DNA from: Pseudomonadota bacterium
GTDB taxonomy: Bacteria > Desulfobacterota > Desulfobacteria > Desulfobacterales > JBDRRP01
Direction of reading: 5' to 3'
NCBI GenBank assembly: GCA_043825735.1
Contig: JBDRRP010000089.1
Coordinates: forward strand, 1-43,912
Length of the DNA stretch: 43,912 nucleotides
Within the stretch, counting starts at the first letter, position 1, and each line of letters opens with the position of its first letter. A model generated the notes under the pieces. That model was not told the origin of the DNA and searched no databases. It saw only the letters and a list, made by a program, of their open reading frames with translations. A program made the position numbers and the translations under genes. Below, piece by piece: positions 18,884 through 28,700 of the stretch.

Positions 18884-19131
18884 TTATCCTAATCGCAACT
18901 TTCGGTGGCCCTGAGAATATTCATCATACCAATCCAATCCTTGACGGTTCAATGCTGTCCTTTTCTCTTGGAATTGATACATTGAAATCTGACTGATAAA
19001 TCAGCACACAGCGCCTATCGTTCCACATAACTGATCCACTCAAACATTGGGCGGAATATCGGATTCATTATAATTGAGCCCGATCTTCACCTTTTTTGTG
19101 TTTTTCAGAACCCCGACCCAAAGTTGATCCT

Positions 19132-21525
19132 TCAGGGCATCAGACGCAGGCTGGAGACCTTTTGCGCCATCACGTCCTCACGGGCCAGAAGCTGCCGTCG
19201 ATACTCACCTTCGACAAAGGGCACGGCCTGGTCGTCGTAGTTCTCGTTGAAAAAATAGCCGCTTTGGCCGGTCGGGTTGATGCCCACAGATTGCTCCGGT
19301 GCGCCGAAGTCGATGATGCGCCGGGTGGAGGGGCAGATGTAAATGTGGTGGGGGGCCGGTGAGAAACGGAATCCCATGAAATTGGGGACCTCGTTGCCGC
19401 CTTCTGCGGCCAGGGGGCCGATGTTGAAGATCTTGTCCAGGGGTTTCTTTCTCCCGATGGGGTGGACGTACTCGACGCGGTGCACTTTCCCCCATGTCCA
19501 TTTGGCTGGATCGTTTCCGAGAAGACCACTCAGGTGGGTCAGCGTCTTTTGCCAGGCCCCCGCCACCACTGCCGCGCGGGTTTCAATCGCCGGCGTGCCG
19601 TGATCGTCCCACCACGGAGACGCCTCGCGGCTCATGACGTTTGTCAGGGCGCGGTAGGGAAGCCGGGTTTGCAGGAAGGCCTTGAACAGATCGTCTCCCA
19701 GTTCGTCCCTGAAGGTCATTTCCATCAAGAAAAATTGAAGGGTGGCAAATACAGTCGGGCCGACGTCTTCCCGCCGGTGGTCGCCGTTCCAGCGCGCAAA
19801 TTGGTCCATTGCAGCGGATGATAGGGGCGTCGCTCCGCTCTTGGCAGATGGCTTCAGAACGGCCACGACCTGGTCCCTGACGGTCATACTGAGGGTGGAT
19901 CGGGTGTCGCGCTGGATCGATTTCATGTCGTCAAGCGTCCAGCCGTCCGGCTTTGCTTCGAGCAGGTGTTCGATGCGCCGGGCCCGGTCGGGCAGGTTGT
20001 AATAGCCGGGAACGGTTCCGGTACCGAAGTCCTGGGGTTGGTGGTTGGCCGACACGATGACTCCGGAGGCCGGATTGATAAACTGCGGGTTCTGGCTGAA
20101 CGGCAGATATCCTTGATAGTCGTCCAGACCGCTGGCTCCGTCGAGCAGAAAATTGGGGTCCACATGCGCGGGGCGGATGGGCACGGCGCCGGCGGCCCAC
20201 CAGGCGATGTTGCCTTCGGCATCGGCCAGAACGATGTTCAACCCGGGCGCCCGGAGATATCCCATGGCTGCCTGGGCGTCTTGCGCGTTTTTGGCCCGCG
20301 CCAGGCGGTAGAAGGGCTCCATCACCTTGTTGTCCGGATCGTGAAATCCCCATCGGGCCGCTACCGGGTCTTTGCGGGAACCCAGGCCGGTGATCACATC
20401 GTTGATGATGGGGCCGTGCTTTGAGCGGCGGACGGTGATCTCTAAGTCCGCCTGGCCTTTGACCTTGATGCGCTCGGTTTCACTGGCGAGCGGTGTCCAC
20501 TGTCCGTCCGACCAGACCTGATTGGGATTCTCCGGGTTGGCCTTTTCGACGTACAGGTCCACGTCATCGTTTTGAAACATGGTCAGCGACCAGGCGATGT
20601 TCCGGTTCAGCCCCAGCAGCGCGTACGGGAACCCCGACAAGTAATGGCCATACAGTTCGAAATCCGGGGTGACGATATGCGCTTCATACCATACCGACGG
20701 GGCGGAGAAGGCGATGTGGGGATCGCCGGCCAAAATGGCCTTGCCCGATCGGGTAAGGCGACCGGAAACGGCCCAGGCATTGCTGCCTTCAAAAGCCCCC
20801 AGCGGCGCGAACCGGGCTTCGATGTCCGCCACCAGCCCTGCCAACTGCTGCATGGACGGATGGGTTGCGGCCAGCAGCTTCAGCGGCGGCGTCTGTGACG
20901 GCGCAGTTTCGAGGTCTTCGAGATAGCCTGCACCCCATTGGTCGCGGACAACCGTGAGCAGCGGGTCGGTCTTGAAGCCGGCGGCAAAACTGTAGGCCAT
21001 GTAACCGGCGACGCTGATCATGTCGGCCATTGAAAACGGGGTCTTGGGAATGCCCAGCAGGTCGAATTCCACCGGCGTCGGACCGTTGGCGATAAAGAGG
21101 TTGACGCCCTTGAAATAGCTTTCGCCGACCTGATAAGCGGGCAGATCCCGGTTCGCCTTGAGGATGGTTTCCTCTCCGAATTGCTTCAGCCTAAGGGTGC
21201 GAAAGAACGTGTCCGTTTCGACGAGAGCCGGCCCGAGGATCTCCGCCAGCTGCCCCTTGGCCAGCCTTCGCAGCAGTTCCATGTGAAAGAGCCGCTCCTG
21301 GGCATGCAGGTATCCCAGCGCATAATAGGCGTCGGCTTCGGTTTTTGCATAGATGTGCGGCACGGCCCATCGGTCGTAGTGCACCTCGACCTCACTGGTG
21401 AGCCCCGCAAGGCGGATCTCCCCGCTGCGTTTGGGCTGCTTTGCGTTCAGATAGAAATAGCCGGCAGCCAGCGCCACCACCACGATACCGAGGGCTGCGA
21501 GCATCAGCCGTTTTGCGATCTTCAT
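19132..21525 (-). CDS. Penicillin acylase family Ntn hydrolase
   Basis: YDRWAVPHIYA, GYLHAQERLF, nucleophile site GSNAW, DPH; N-terminal membrane anchor. Confidence 0.93.
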   Translation of the reverse strand: MKIAKRLMLAALGIVVVALAAGYFYLNAKQPKRSGEIRLAGLTSEVEVHYDRWAVPHIYAKTEADAYYALGYLHAQERLFHMELLRRLAKGQLAEILGPALVETDTFFRTLRLKQFGEETILKANRDLPAYQVGESYFKGVNLFIANGPTPVEFDLLGIPKTPFSMADMISVAGYMAYSFAAGFKTDPLLTVVRDQWGAGYLEDLETAPSQTPPLKLLAATHPSMQQLAGLVADIEARFAPLGAFEGSNAWAVSGRLTRSGKAILAGDPHIAFSAPSVWYEAHIVTPDFELYGHYLSGFPYALLGLNRNIAWSLTMFQNDDVDLYVEKANPENPNQVWSDGQWTPLASETERIKVKGQADLEITVRRSKHGPIINDVITGLGSRKDPVAARWGFHDPDNKVMEPFYRLARAKNAQDAQAAMGYLRAPGLNIVLADAEGNIAWWAAGAVPIRPAHVDPNFLLDGASGLDDYQGYLPFSQNPQFINPASGVIVSANHQPQDFGTGTVPGYYNLPDRARRIEHLLEAKPDGWTLDDMKSIQRDTRSTLSMTVRDQVVAVLKPSAKSGATPLSSAAMDQFARWNGDHRREDVGPTVFATLQFFLMEMTFRDELGDDLFKAFLQTRLPYRALTNVMSREASPWWDDHGTPAIETRAAVVAGAWQKTLTHLSGLLGNDPAKWTWGKVHRVEYVHPIGRKKPLDKIFNIGPLAAEGGNEVPNFMGFRFSPAPHHIYICPSTRRIIDFGAPEQSVGINPTGQSGYFFNENYDDQAVPFVEGEYRRQLLAREDVMAQKVSSLRLMP

Positions 21526-21593
21526 GGGAGATCCTTTCTTTCAATCCGTATAAAAGACGCATTTCGGAGGAGGGAGGGCACCGCCGTATTCGG

Positions 21594-24254
21594 TCAGGGC
21601 GCATCCAGTATGCTTCGGATTTTTTCAGACAATTGTTTGAGGGTAAAGGGCTTCTGGATAAACCCCCGGCATCCCCGTTGGATGATCTCAGCGGCCTGGC
21701 CGTTGATACTGTAGCCGCTGGAAAGCACCACTGCTACGCCAGGGTCGACCGCCTTAAGACGATCGAAGGTTTCTCCGCCCCCAACTCCCGGCATGATCAT
21801 GTCGAGAATGACCATGTCGATCTTTTCTGCATGGGTCGTGTACATCGCTACGGCGCGCTCGCCGCTGTCTGCGGTGAGCACCCGGTATCCGAGCGCTTCG
21901 AGCATGTGTTTTCCCACTTCAAGGATCATCGCCTCGTCGTCCACGATCAGCACGGTCTCGGTGCCGGTGAGGGGGCTTTTGTTTTCTGCGGCCGAACCCG
22001 GCTGGCTGATGTCGACGCATGTCTGCGTCGCCGCCGGAAGGAAGATGTGAAACGTCGTTCCCTTGCCTGGGGCGCTGGCCACTTCGATGCATCCATTGTG
22101 GTTTTTGATGATGCCATAGGCCGAAGCAAGTCCGAGGCCGGTGCCGCCCCCCATGGTTTTGGTGGTGAAGAAGGGATCAAAAATGCGCGCCAGGGTGTCG
22201 GCATCCATGCCGATGCCCGTGTCGGTGACCGCGATGTCTACATACATGCCCGCGGTGATTCCGTGGACGGCGCTCCGTGGCGCCGACAGTCGGGTGTTGG
22301 TCGTGGATACGTAAAGATCCCCCCCGTTGGGCATGGCCTGCCAGGCGTTCACATAAAGATTCAATAGCACCTGCTCGATCTGGCCGCGATCCACATCGAC
22401 GGTGCACGCGTCCGTCTGAAACCTGGTGTGGATATTGATTTCCTTGCGGGTGCGTCCGAACAGCGACAGACTCTTTTCGATGAGCCGGTTGGGATCGGTG
22501 ACGGCCACTTCGTATTTGCCGCCTCGGGCGAAGCCCAGAATTTGTTTGGTCAGATCAGTGGCACGCCGGACGTATTCCTCGATGCCCTTCAGATGGTCGA
22601 CGGCGCTGCTGGGCATGTTGTCGTCATCGGAGAGCATGAGCGAGGCGCGGCCCTGGATGCCCATGAGCAGGTTGTTGAAATCGTGGGCGATGCCCCCGGC
22701 GAGGGTTCCGATGGCCTCCATTTTCTGGGCCTGGCGCAGTTGGGCTGCCATCGTTTCGGTTTCCTGCTGGGCGGTCTTGAGGGCGCTGATGTCGGTATAG
22801 ACCGCCACCACGCCGGTCAGGGTGCCGTCAACCATGATGGGCGCTCCGGCGGCGATGACGTGCAGGCGCGTGCCGTTTTTACGGTACCGTACCGTTTCAA
22901 AGGCGACCACCGGATTGCCGGAAAGCACCTGGCGGGTCTTGTCTGCAGCCTCCTCGCAGGCGCTCTCCCGGGTCACCAGATCGTCCAGCGGCCGCCCCAC
23001 GGCTTCGGCCCGCGTGTAGCCGAACATGGCCTCCGCGCCGGGGTTCCACTCTATCACCCGGTGCGCCGGATCCAGCGTGACGATGGCGTCCGGGGCGTGG
23101 TCGAGGATGGATTCGAGCAGGATTTTTCGGGCCCGCGTCTCTTCTTCCGCCTTTTTGCGTTCGGTGATGTCCTCTGCGATGCCGGTGACACGGATGACCT
23201 GACCCGCCGCGTCGCGGATGGCAAACCCCCGGTCCGAGACCCACCGGATCCCGCCATCGGGCCGAACGATTCGATACTCGCGGTTTTCCCCGCCGCCGGT
23301 CTCGACGATGCGCTGGAAAGAGGCCCGCGCCCGTGCGCGGTCCTCCGGGTGGATGCTTTCCTCCCACTCGTCCCGGCGGTCGGCGATTCCGGCGACCGGA
23401 CGGCCCCAGATCGCTTCGTAGGCCGGCGAGGTGTAGATCGTGCGCTTTTTCTTCCAGTCAAAGAGCCAGAAAACCTCCCGGATGTGCCGGGCCATTTCCT
23501 GGAAGCGCGCCTCACTTTCCCGCAGCGCCCCTTCCACTTTCTTTCGTTCGACGATTTCGCCTCTCAGGCGATCGTTGGTTTCGGTGAGCAGAGCCGTTCG
23601 TTCGGTCACGCGGTCTTCCAACGCGAGCTGGAAACGTTCAAGGTCTTGCCGGATCCGGCGCCGGTGGATTTCCACCGCGGCCATATTGGCGACGAGAGAC
23701 AGCGAGTCAAGATCGTCCTTTGTAAATGAGGTCTCGTGGCGATTGAAGGCATAGAGTACCCCCAAGGTTTTATCCGCCATTCTCACGGGGACAACGAGAC
23801 CGGCGACCAATCCCTCGTCCAGGCCGATGCGCCGCATGGGATCCGGCAGCTGCGTATCGGCGGCAAAGTGATTAAGGATGGCCCCGCGGTTGGCTGAGAG
23901 AACGGTTGCGCCGATGCGTTTGTCCACTGGAAAGTCGATGTCACGGAACGCGTTGGTCCGATTGCCGGATGCAGCCTGGATGCTCATGGCGCCGGTGGCG
24001 TCATCATGGAATGCGATAAATGAGACGTCGGTGCCCGCAATGCGTCGGCTCATGTCCACGACGCTCTGGAGATTCCGCTCCAGGGTATGGTCGGCGGTCA
24101 TGGCCAGCGACAGCTCGTAGAGCGAGCGAAATATTTGCAGTTCCCGTGCATGCGACGATTGATCACCCGGCACGGCGGCAATCTGCGCTTTCGGCTCCAC
24201 CGCCAGCGTAGCGAATTCGGCGGAGGTTGGTTTCTCGGTCAAAAAATCATCCAT
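21594..24254 (-). CDS. Cytoplasmic hybrid histidine kinase (GAF, 2 PAS, HisKA, HATPase, REC)
   Basis: AHDFNNLL, GTGLGLAS, VLIVDDE...DMIMP. Confidence 0.92.
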   Translation of the reverse strand: MDDFLTEKPTSAEFATLAVEPKAQIAAVPGDQSSHARELQIFRSLYELSLAMTADHTLERNLQSVVDMSRRIAGTDVSFIAFHDDATGAMSIQAASGNRTNAFRDIDFPVDKRIGATVLSANRGAILNHFAADTQLPDPMRRIGLDEGLVAGLVVPVRMADKTLGVLYAFNRHETSFTKDDLDSLSLVANMAAVEIHRRRIRQDLERFQLALEDRVTERTALLTETNDRLRGEIVERKKVEGALRESEARFQEMARHIREVFWLFDWKKKRTIYTSPAYEAIWGRPVAGIADRRDEWEESIHPEDRARARASFQRIVETGGGENREYRIVRPDGGIRWVSDRGFAIRDAAGQVIRVTGIAEDITERKKAEEETRARKILLESILDHAPDAIVTLDPAHRVIEWNPGAEAMFGYTRAEAVGRPLDDLVTRESACEEAADKTRQVLSGNPVVAFETVRYRKNGTRLHVIAAGAPIMVDGTLTGVVAVYTDISALKTAQQETETMAAQLRQAQKMEAIGTLAGGIAHDFNNLLMGIQGRASLMLSDDDNMPSSAVDHLKGIEEYVRRATDLTKQILGFARGGKYEVAVTDPNRLIEKSLSLFGRTRKEINIHTRFQTDACTVDVDRGQIEQVLLNLYVNAWQAMPNGGDLYVSTTNTRLSAPRSAVHGITAGMYVDIAVTDTGIGMDADTLARIFDPFFTTKTMGGGTGLGLASAYGIIKNHNGCIEVASAPGKGTTFHIFLPAATQTCVDISQPGSAAENKSPLTGTETVLIVDDEAMILEVGKHMLEALGYRVLTADSGERAVAMYTTHAEKIDMVILDMIMPGVGGGETFDRLKAVDPGVAVVLSSGYSINGQAAEIIQRGCRGFIQKPFTLKQLSEKIRSILDAP

Positions 24255-24573
24255 CAATCACACTGCGTCGGCGGGCGCTGTGGCGAGGCGCTGACGGTGG
24301 CATAGGGTTATTTGCTCAAAGCGCACGACGGTACATGAGGACCCAGGTGTTGTCAAACATCTCCGCGGGGCGTTTTCAGGACGCTTTGCGCCAGCGCCAT
24401 TCACGTTTTCTCGGCCTTTTCTGAGAAACCTTTAGATGTTTTCGGGTTTTTCTATCAAAGAAAGGTCGCTTCAGGTGGCGTGCTGCTTTCTTGCCGAAGT
24501 GGCGGCGCGCCCTGAAATGGTAGGTCGTTCCGGTATTTTTGAACGGTACTATCTACCATAGTAGGGTCGACCG

Positions 24574-24790
24574 GCGCCGCGGGGTTTCTTTTTTCGATGC
24601 CGCCGAAATATCGCCGGTCATGATCACGCCGGCGCAGATTCATGACGACAATGTCTGAGGTGATGGACGCACGCCGTGAGCCACTGGCGCCGCTGCTGTT
24701 GCGCCGGGTCCGGTTTGCCGGTGGCGGCCGGCCCTCGGGCAGCGCCCACATCATCGGCCGTCGGCATCGAAAAAAGAAACCCCACGGCGC
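24574..24790. repeat. 29-bp inverted repeat pair (28/29 identical) enclosing 159 bp
   Basis: GCGCCGCGGGGTTTCTTTTTTCGATGCCG at 24574-24602; reverse complement at 24762-24790. Confidence 0.92.
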
Positions 24791-24811
24791 AACTGGTAAA
24801 TCATAGTCACC

Positions 24812-24928
24812 TTAAATTTGAGACCCTACCACCTGCCGCGTGTAGTCTTCAATGGACAGCGCCATGCTGAGGTCCAGCTGCCCGCAGTGGGCGTGCGCGT
24901 CGATCACTGCCGGCGTTGCGGTTGTCAT
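24812..24928 (-). pseudogene. Amidohydrolase-family N-terminal remnant (38 aa)
   Basis: SD GGAG, then MTTATPAVIDAHAHCGQLDLSMALSIEDYTRQVVGSQI*; D-x-H-x-H metal motif. Confidence 0.6.
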
Positions 24929-25014
24929 ATCGCTATCTCCCACTTGGCGCTCTTGGCGTCTTTGCGCGAGGCATCGGTTTTTGAGTTTATAAACAAAACG
25001 CAGTTCTTTTCAAG

Positions 25015-25755
25015 TTAAGGGTTTTCTCCGCCCTGCAGCAGCGCGATAAACGATGCCGGAATGCCGCCGGTCTCGATAGTGATCGCCGTGTCGGATCCGG
25101 GCGGAGTGAAGGTCAGCGCAGTAGCATGCAGGGCGATACGGTCGAAGCCGTAAAGCCGCATGAGCCTGTCTGCCGCCTCCGCAGACCCGTAGCGCCGGTC
25201 GCCGGCCACCGGATGGCCGGCCATCGCGGCGTGCCGCCGGATCTGATGCTTGCGCCCGGTTTGCGGCCGGCAGCGAACAAGGGTGAAATGGCGCGTGGTC
25301 TCAAGGACATCGATCGATGTCTGGCAGTGGACGCGCGGCGGTTTGCCGGCCGGGTTGCGGCGGCCGCCCGCTTGCGTGGACAGCGGCCAAGGCCATTGAA
25401 TATGGCCGCTTTGGGGGACCTCGGGCGCCAGGCGACCGTACAGAAGCAGAAAATACGACTTACCGGTTTGACGGGCGGCGTACTGCGTGGACAATGCGGC
25501 GAACACGTCAGGACGCCATGCCGCCAGAACCAGCCCGTCGGCTTCCTTGTCAAGCCTGCCGACCGCGTTGAACCCGTAATCGGCATCGACATCGATCCGG
25601 CCGCGCAGATCGGCGTCTGCGGAAATCCGGGCCGCCAGAAGCGATTTCAGATCCTTGCCGGGTGCATTGTGAATGCTTACCCCTGCCGGTTTTTCCGCGG
25701 CCAGCCAGCCGTCGCCGATTGTTAGAATACGGATCAGAGGCTCAGGTGTCATCAT
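25015..25755 (-). CDS. RluA/TruC-family pseudouridine synthase
   Basis: EKPAG, RLD (catalytic Asp), TGRKHQIRRH, GHPVAGDRRYG, LHA. Confidence 0.9.
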   Translation of the reverse strand: MMTPEPLIRILTIGDGWLAAEKPAGVSIHNAPGKDLKSLLAARISADADLRGRIDVDADYGFNAVGRLDKEADGLVLAAWRPDVFAALSTQYAARQTGKSYFLLLYGRLAPEVPQSGHIQWPWPLSTQAGGRRNPAGKPPRVHCQTSIDVLETTRHFTLVRCRPQTGRKHQIRRHAAMAGHPVAGDRRYGSAEAADRLMRLYGFDRIALHATALTFTPPGSDTAITIETGGIPASFIALLQGGENP

Positions 25756-25785
25756 CCGACACTATTCCTGTTGCACAGGCGCCGT

Positions 25786-26640
25786 CTACCCATTACCGGG
25801 CGCGGTGAATATCCGGGTCAAGGGCTGCTCGTCGATATCTTTCACCCGTGCCCGGATCATCGCTTCTATCTTGGCAAGGGGCACTGCCGGCGCAATCGCA
25901 TCTTCCGGGCATAGTCGGATGCAGTTGAAGCAGTCAAAGCAGGCGCCGCCGAATTCGGGTTTCGGACTCAGGGTGATGGCATCCGTCGGACACGCCTCGG
26001 CGCAGGTCCCGCATTCGGTGCAGGCGTTTTCATCGACGGTTTTTGGGACGATCATCCAGGGCTGGGCGATTTTGGCTTTGAATTCGACCGCCCGTTCCGC
26101 TGTTTGGTAGTCGAGGATTTTCAGGGGGATCGGCACCGGTTGGCCAGTGGAAAACTGGGTCATCAAACGGTCGGCAAGTTCTCGCACCTGAAGCAGGTCA
26201 TCGGCATCCGGGTGGCCGTCTCCTTCCGGACGATCCGATTGCCACATCATGGCGTGTACGGCCGCGACCTTGGCGGCCCCGGCGATTTGAAACCCTTTTG
26301 CCTGCAGGGCCGTTGCCATTTGCCACAGGGCCACGCCGCTGCAGGCCCTGCCATAAGTGACAAACGGCACGGCCCAGGCATCGGCGGTTTGCGGGAGGGC
26401 GTCGATCAGCGCCATCACCGGTGGCACCGCCATATCGCGGTAGACGGGTGAGCCGATGAGCAGGCAGACATCACGGCCGGTTGTGATCTTGTCGATCAGG
26501 GGCCCGCGGTTTTCCGCGTCCACCAGATCGATGAGAGACACCGTTGCCCCATTTTGGACCAGGTGATCGGCCAGGGCTTGAGCCACTTTGCCAGTGGACC
26601 CGTTGGGAGAGATGTAGGCAATGGTAAATACGGGTGTCAT
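25786..26640 (-). CDS. Flavodoxin-like plus 2x[4Fe-4S] ferredoxin fusion (EFR1 type)
   Basis: YISPNGST flavodoxin loop; CTECGTCAEACP and CFDCFNCIRLCP; ATG 26640 with SD GGAGG. Confidence 0.88.
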   Translation of the reverse strand: MTPVFTIAYISPNGSTGKVAQALADHLVQNGATVSLIDLVDAENRGPLIDKITTGRDVCLLIGSPVYRDMAVPPVMALIDALPQTADAWAVPFVTYGRACSGVALWQMATALQAKGFQIAGAAKVAAVHAMMWQSDRPEGDGHPDADDLLQVRELADRLMTQFSTGQPVPIPLKILDYQTAERAVEFKAKIAQPWMIVPKTVDENACTECGTCAEACPTDAITLSPKPEFGGACFDCFNCIRLCPEDAIAPAVPLAKIEAMIRARVKDIDEQPLTRIFTAPGNG

Positions 26641-26883
26641 GCGCGCCTCCTGATTGCTGTCCGCGCCATCGGGCATCGAATTTCCGAGGTGCATCGTAGT
26701 TGTCGCGTGCCCGCCTAAATGGGTGATGCGGAGAAAATTCTTGCCGGCGCCTGGAAGTTCCGCGATAAGATCAGCCATAACATGATGCCGGGGTATTGAA
26801 ACTATACAGGAAACCAAAAAAATTCAACCACTCAAGGTTCACTATGAGGCACGCCCGCATGCCGATGGCTGTTTTGCCATGGC

Positions 26884-26927
26884 CGGGTGGGGCCGGTAAC
26901 ATCCTGTCTCGTTGAGCCGCCTGACCG
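26884..26927 (+). ncRNA. Candidate cis-regulatory RNA, resembling the DUF1646/Na+ riboswitch
   Basis: P1 CGGGTGGG/CCTGACCG with tandem U-G/G-U pairs, inner stem-loop CGG-TAACATC-CTG, loop TAAC complementary to GTTG; ends 6 nt before the abfD SD. Family match from memory, not computed. Confidence 0.5.
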
Positions 26928-26942
26928 AATACTGGAGGTTTC

Positions 26943-28391
26943 ATGACACTGAAATCCGGAAAAGAATACTTGGCGTCCATGAAGGCGCTGAAGCTCAAGG
27001 CCCACATTCTGGGCGAGGAGAAAGCACACCTGACCGGCCATGATCTGGTCTCCCCGTCACAGGCGGCCGTTGCGTTTACCTATGATGCCGCCGCCGATCC
27101 GAAGACCAGGGCGCTGTTTCGCGTGGCATCGCCACTGTGCGACGGCGAGGTCAATCGCTTCAGCCATTTGCACCAGAGCGCCGAGGACCTGGTCAACAAG
27201 GTCAAGATGCAGCGCTACTGCGGGGTGAATACCGCCTGCTGCTTTCAGCGCTGCGTGGGCATGGATGCCGCCAATGCCATTTTCAGCACCACCTTCGACT
27301 GTGACCGCAAGCACGGCACCGACTACCACCAGCGGTTCAAGGACTATTGGACATGGATTCAGAAAAACGACCTGGTGGTCGACGGTGCCATGACCGATCC
27401 CAAGGGCGACCGGGGCAAACGGCCGGCCGAGCAGGCGGACCCGGACCTTTACTTGAGGGTATCGGAGCGCATAAAGGGCGGAATCGTCATCCGAGGGGCA
27501 AAGCTCCACCAGACCGGAATGCTCAACTCCCATGAAATCCTGGTGATGCCCACGCTGACCATGCGTGCGGGCGAGCAGGCGTGGGCGGTGTGCTGCGCGG
27601 TTCCCACCGATGCCGACGGGATCCGCTACATCTACGGCCGCCAGACCAGCGACACCCGCAAGCTGGAGGCGCACAAGCTGGACGTCGGCAACCCGGTCTA
27701 CGGCGGTCAGGAGGTCATGACCGTCTTTGATGATGTGTTCGTGCCCCATGAGCGGGTGTTCATGGACGGGGAAATCGACTTTTCAGGAATTCTGGTCGAG
27801 CGGTTTGCCTCCTACCACCGCCAGAGCTACGGCGGATGCAAGGCGGGCGTCGGCGACGCGCTCATCGGCGCCACGGCGCTGGCGGCGCAAATGAACGGTG
27901 TGGACCGCGCCAGCCATATCAAAGACAAGATCGTGGAGATGATTCATCTGAACGAAACCATCTATGCCTGCGGCATCGCCTGCTCGGCCATGGGAGAAGC
28001 CACGCCGGCCGGCAACTTCCAAGTGAACATGCTTCTGGCCAACGTGTGCAAGCTCAACGTGACACGGTTCCCCTACGAGTTGGCCCGCCTGGCCACCGAT
28101 GTGGCCGGGGGGCTGCTGGGCACCATGCCCTCAGCCGCTGATTTAAACGACCCGGTGACCGGGCCTTATATCAAGAAGTACCTGGCGGCAGCCCCGGCGT
28201 TTGACGTGGTGGATCGCATGAAGGTCCTTCGCCTGATTGAAAATCTGGTGGCCGGCGCGGGCGCCGTCGGCTATCTGATCGAGTCGATGCACGGCGCCGG
28301 GCCGCCCACGGCGCAGCGGATCATGATCGGCCGACAGGCCGGTCTGGAAGAAAAAATAGAGCGGGTGAAGCAGATGCTGGATATCGGTTAG
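26943..28391 (+). CDS. abfD: 4-hydroxybutyryl-CoA dehydratase / vinylacetyl-CoA isomerase
   Basis: Fe-S ligand motifs CFQRC and YHRQSYGGCK, plus MTDPKGDR and ESMHGAG; SD GGAGG. Confidence 0.88.
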   Translation: MTLKSGKEYLASMKALKLKAHILGEEKAHLTGHDLVSPSQAAVAFTYDAAADPKTRALFRVASPLCDGEVNRFSHLHQSAEDLVNKVKMQRYCGVNTACCFQRCVGMDAANAIFSTTFDCDRKHGTDYHQRFKDYWTWIQKNDLVVDGAMTDPKGDRGKRPAEQADPDLYLRVSERIKGGIVIRGAKLHQTGMLNSHEILVMPTLTMRAGEQAWAVCCAVPTDADGIRYIYGRQTSDTRKLEAHKLDVGNPVYGGQEVMTVFDDVFVPHERVFMDGEIDFSGILVERFASYHRQSYGGCKAGVGDALIGATALAAQMNGVDRASHIKDKIVEMIHLNETIYACGIACSAMGEATPAGNFQVNMLLANVCKLNVTRFPYELARLATDVAGGLLGTMPSAADLNDPVTGPYIKKYLAAAPAFDVVDRMKVLRLIENLVAGAGAVGYLIESMHGAGPPTAQRIMIGRQAGLEEKIERVKQMLDIG

Positions 28392-28509
28392 AATCTATTT
28401 GAAAAAATTCGCAATTATCTACGAATTAAAGGCGCGACCCCGTTGCCATGGCGCCGCCCGGTGCACGCTTTTTGGGGTAGATCAGCCCGTCATCGTTCAT
28501 CCATTTTTC

Positions 28510-28672
28510 TTTCGTGTGTTTCGTGTGTTTCGTGGTTTATGGTTCTTTTTTGGTAGAAGAAAAAGAGATAAGAACCTGTTTCTGGCTGTGGGGGCGCACC
28601 AAGCGCTATCCCTTCTCCACTTTTGACCGCAGTAACTGATTGCAACCACGAAACACACGAAACACACGAAAA
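28510..28672. repeat. Inverted pair of TTCGTG x3 / CACGAA x3 arms
   Basis: TTTCGTGTGTTTCGTGTGTTTCGTGGTT and AACCACGAAACACACGAAACACACGAAA. Confidence 0.85.
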
Positions 28673-28700
28673 GTATCGCAAAGCGGCTTGTTGCAACGGG

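Noticed and set aside
19020..19050. dif- or attC-like site GTTCCACATAAC
   Set aside because: No XerD-type arm or complementary attC end, and no integrase.
24581..24783. Tn3-family ends (GGGG...CCCC)
   Set aside because: The inverted repeat extends outside the GGGG, is shorter than 38 bp, and has no 5-bp direct repeat.
26847..26865. Sigma54 promoter for abfD (GGCACGCCCGCATGC)
   Set aside because: Spacing is GG-N11-GC rather than the required N10.
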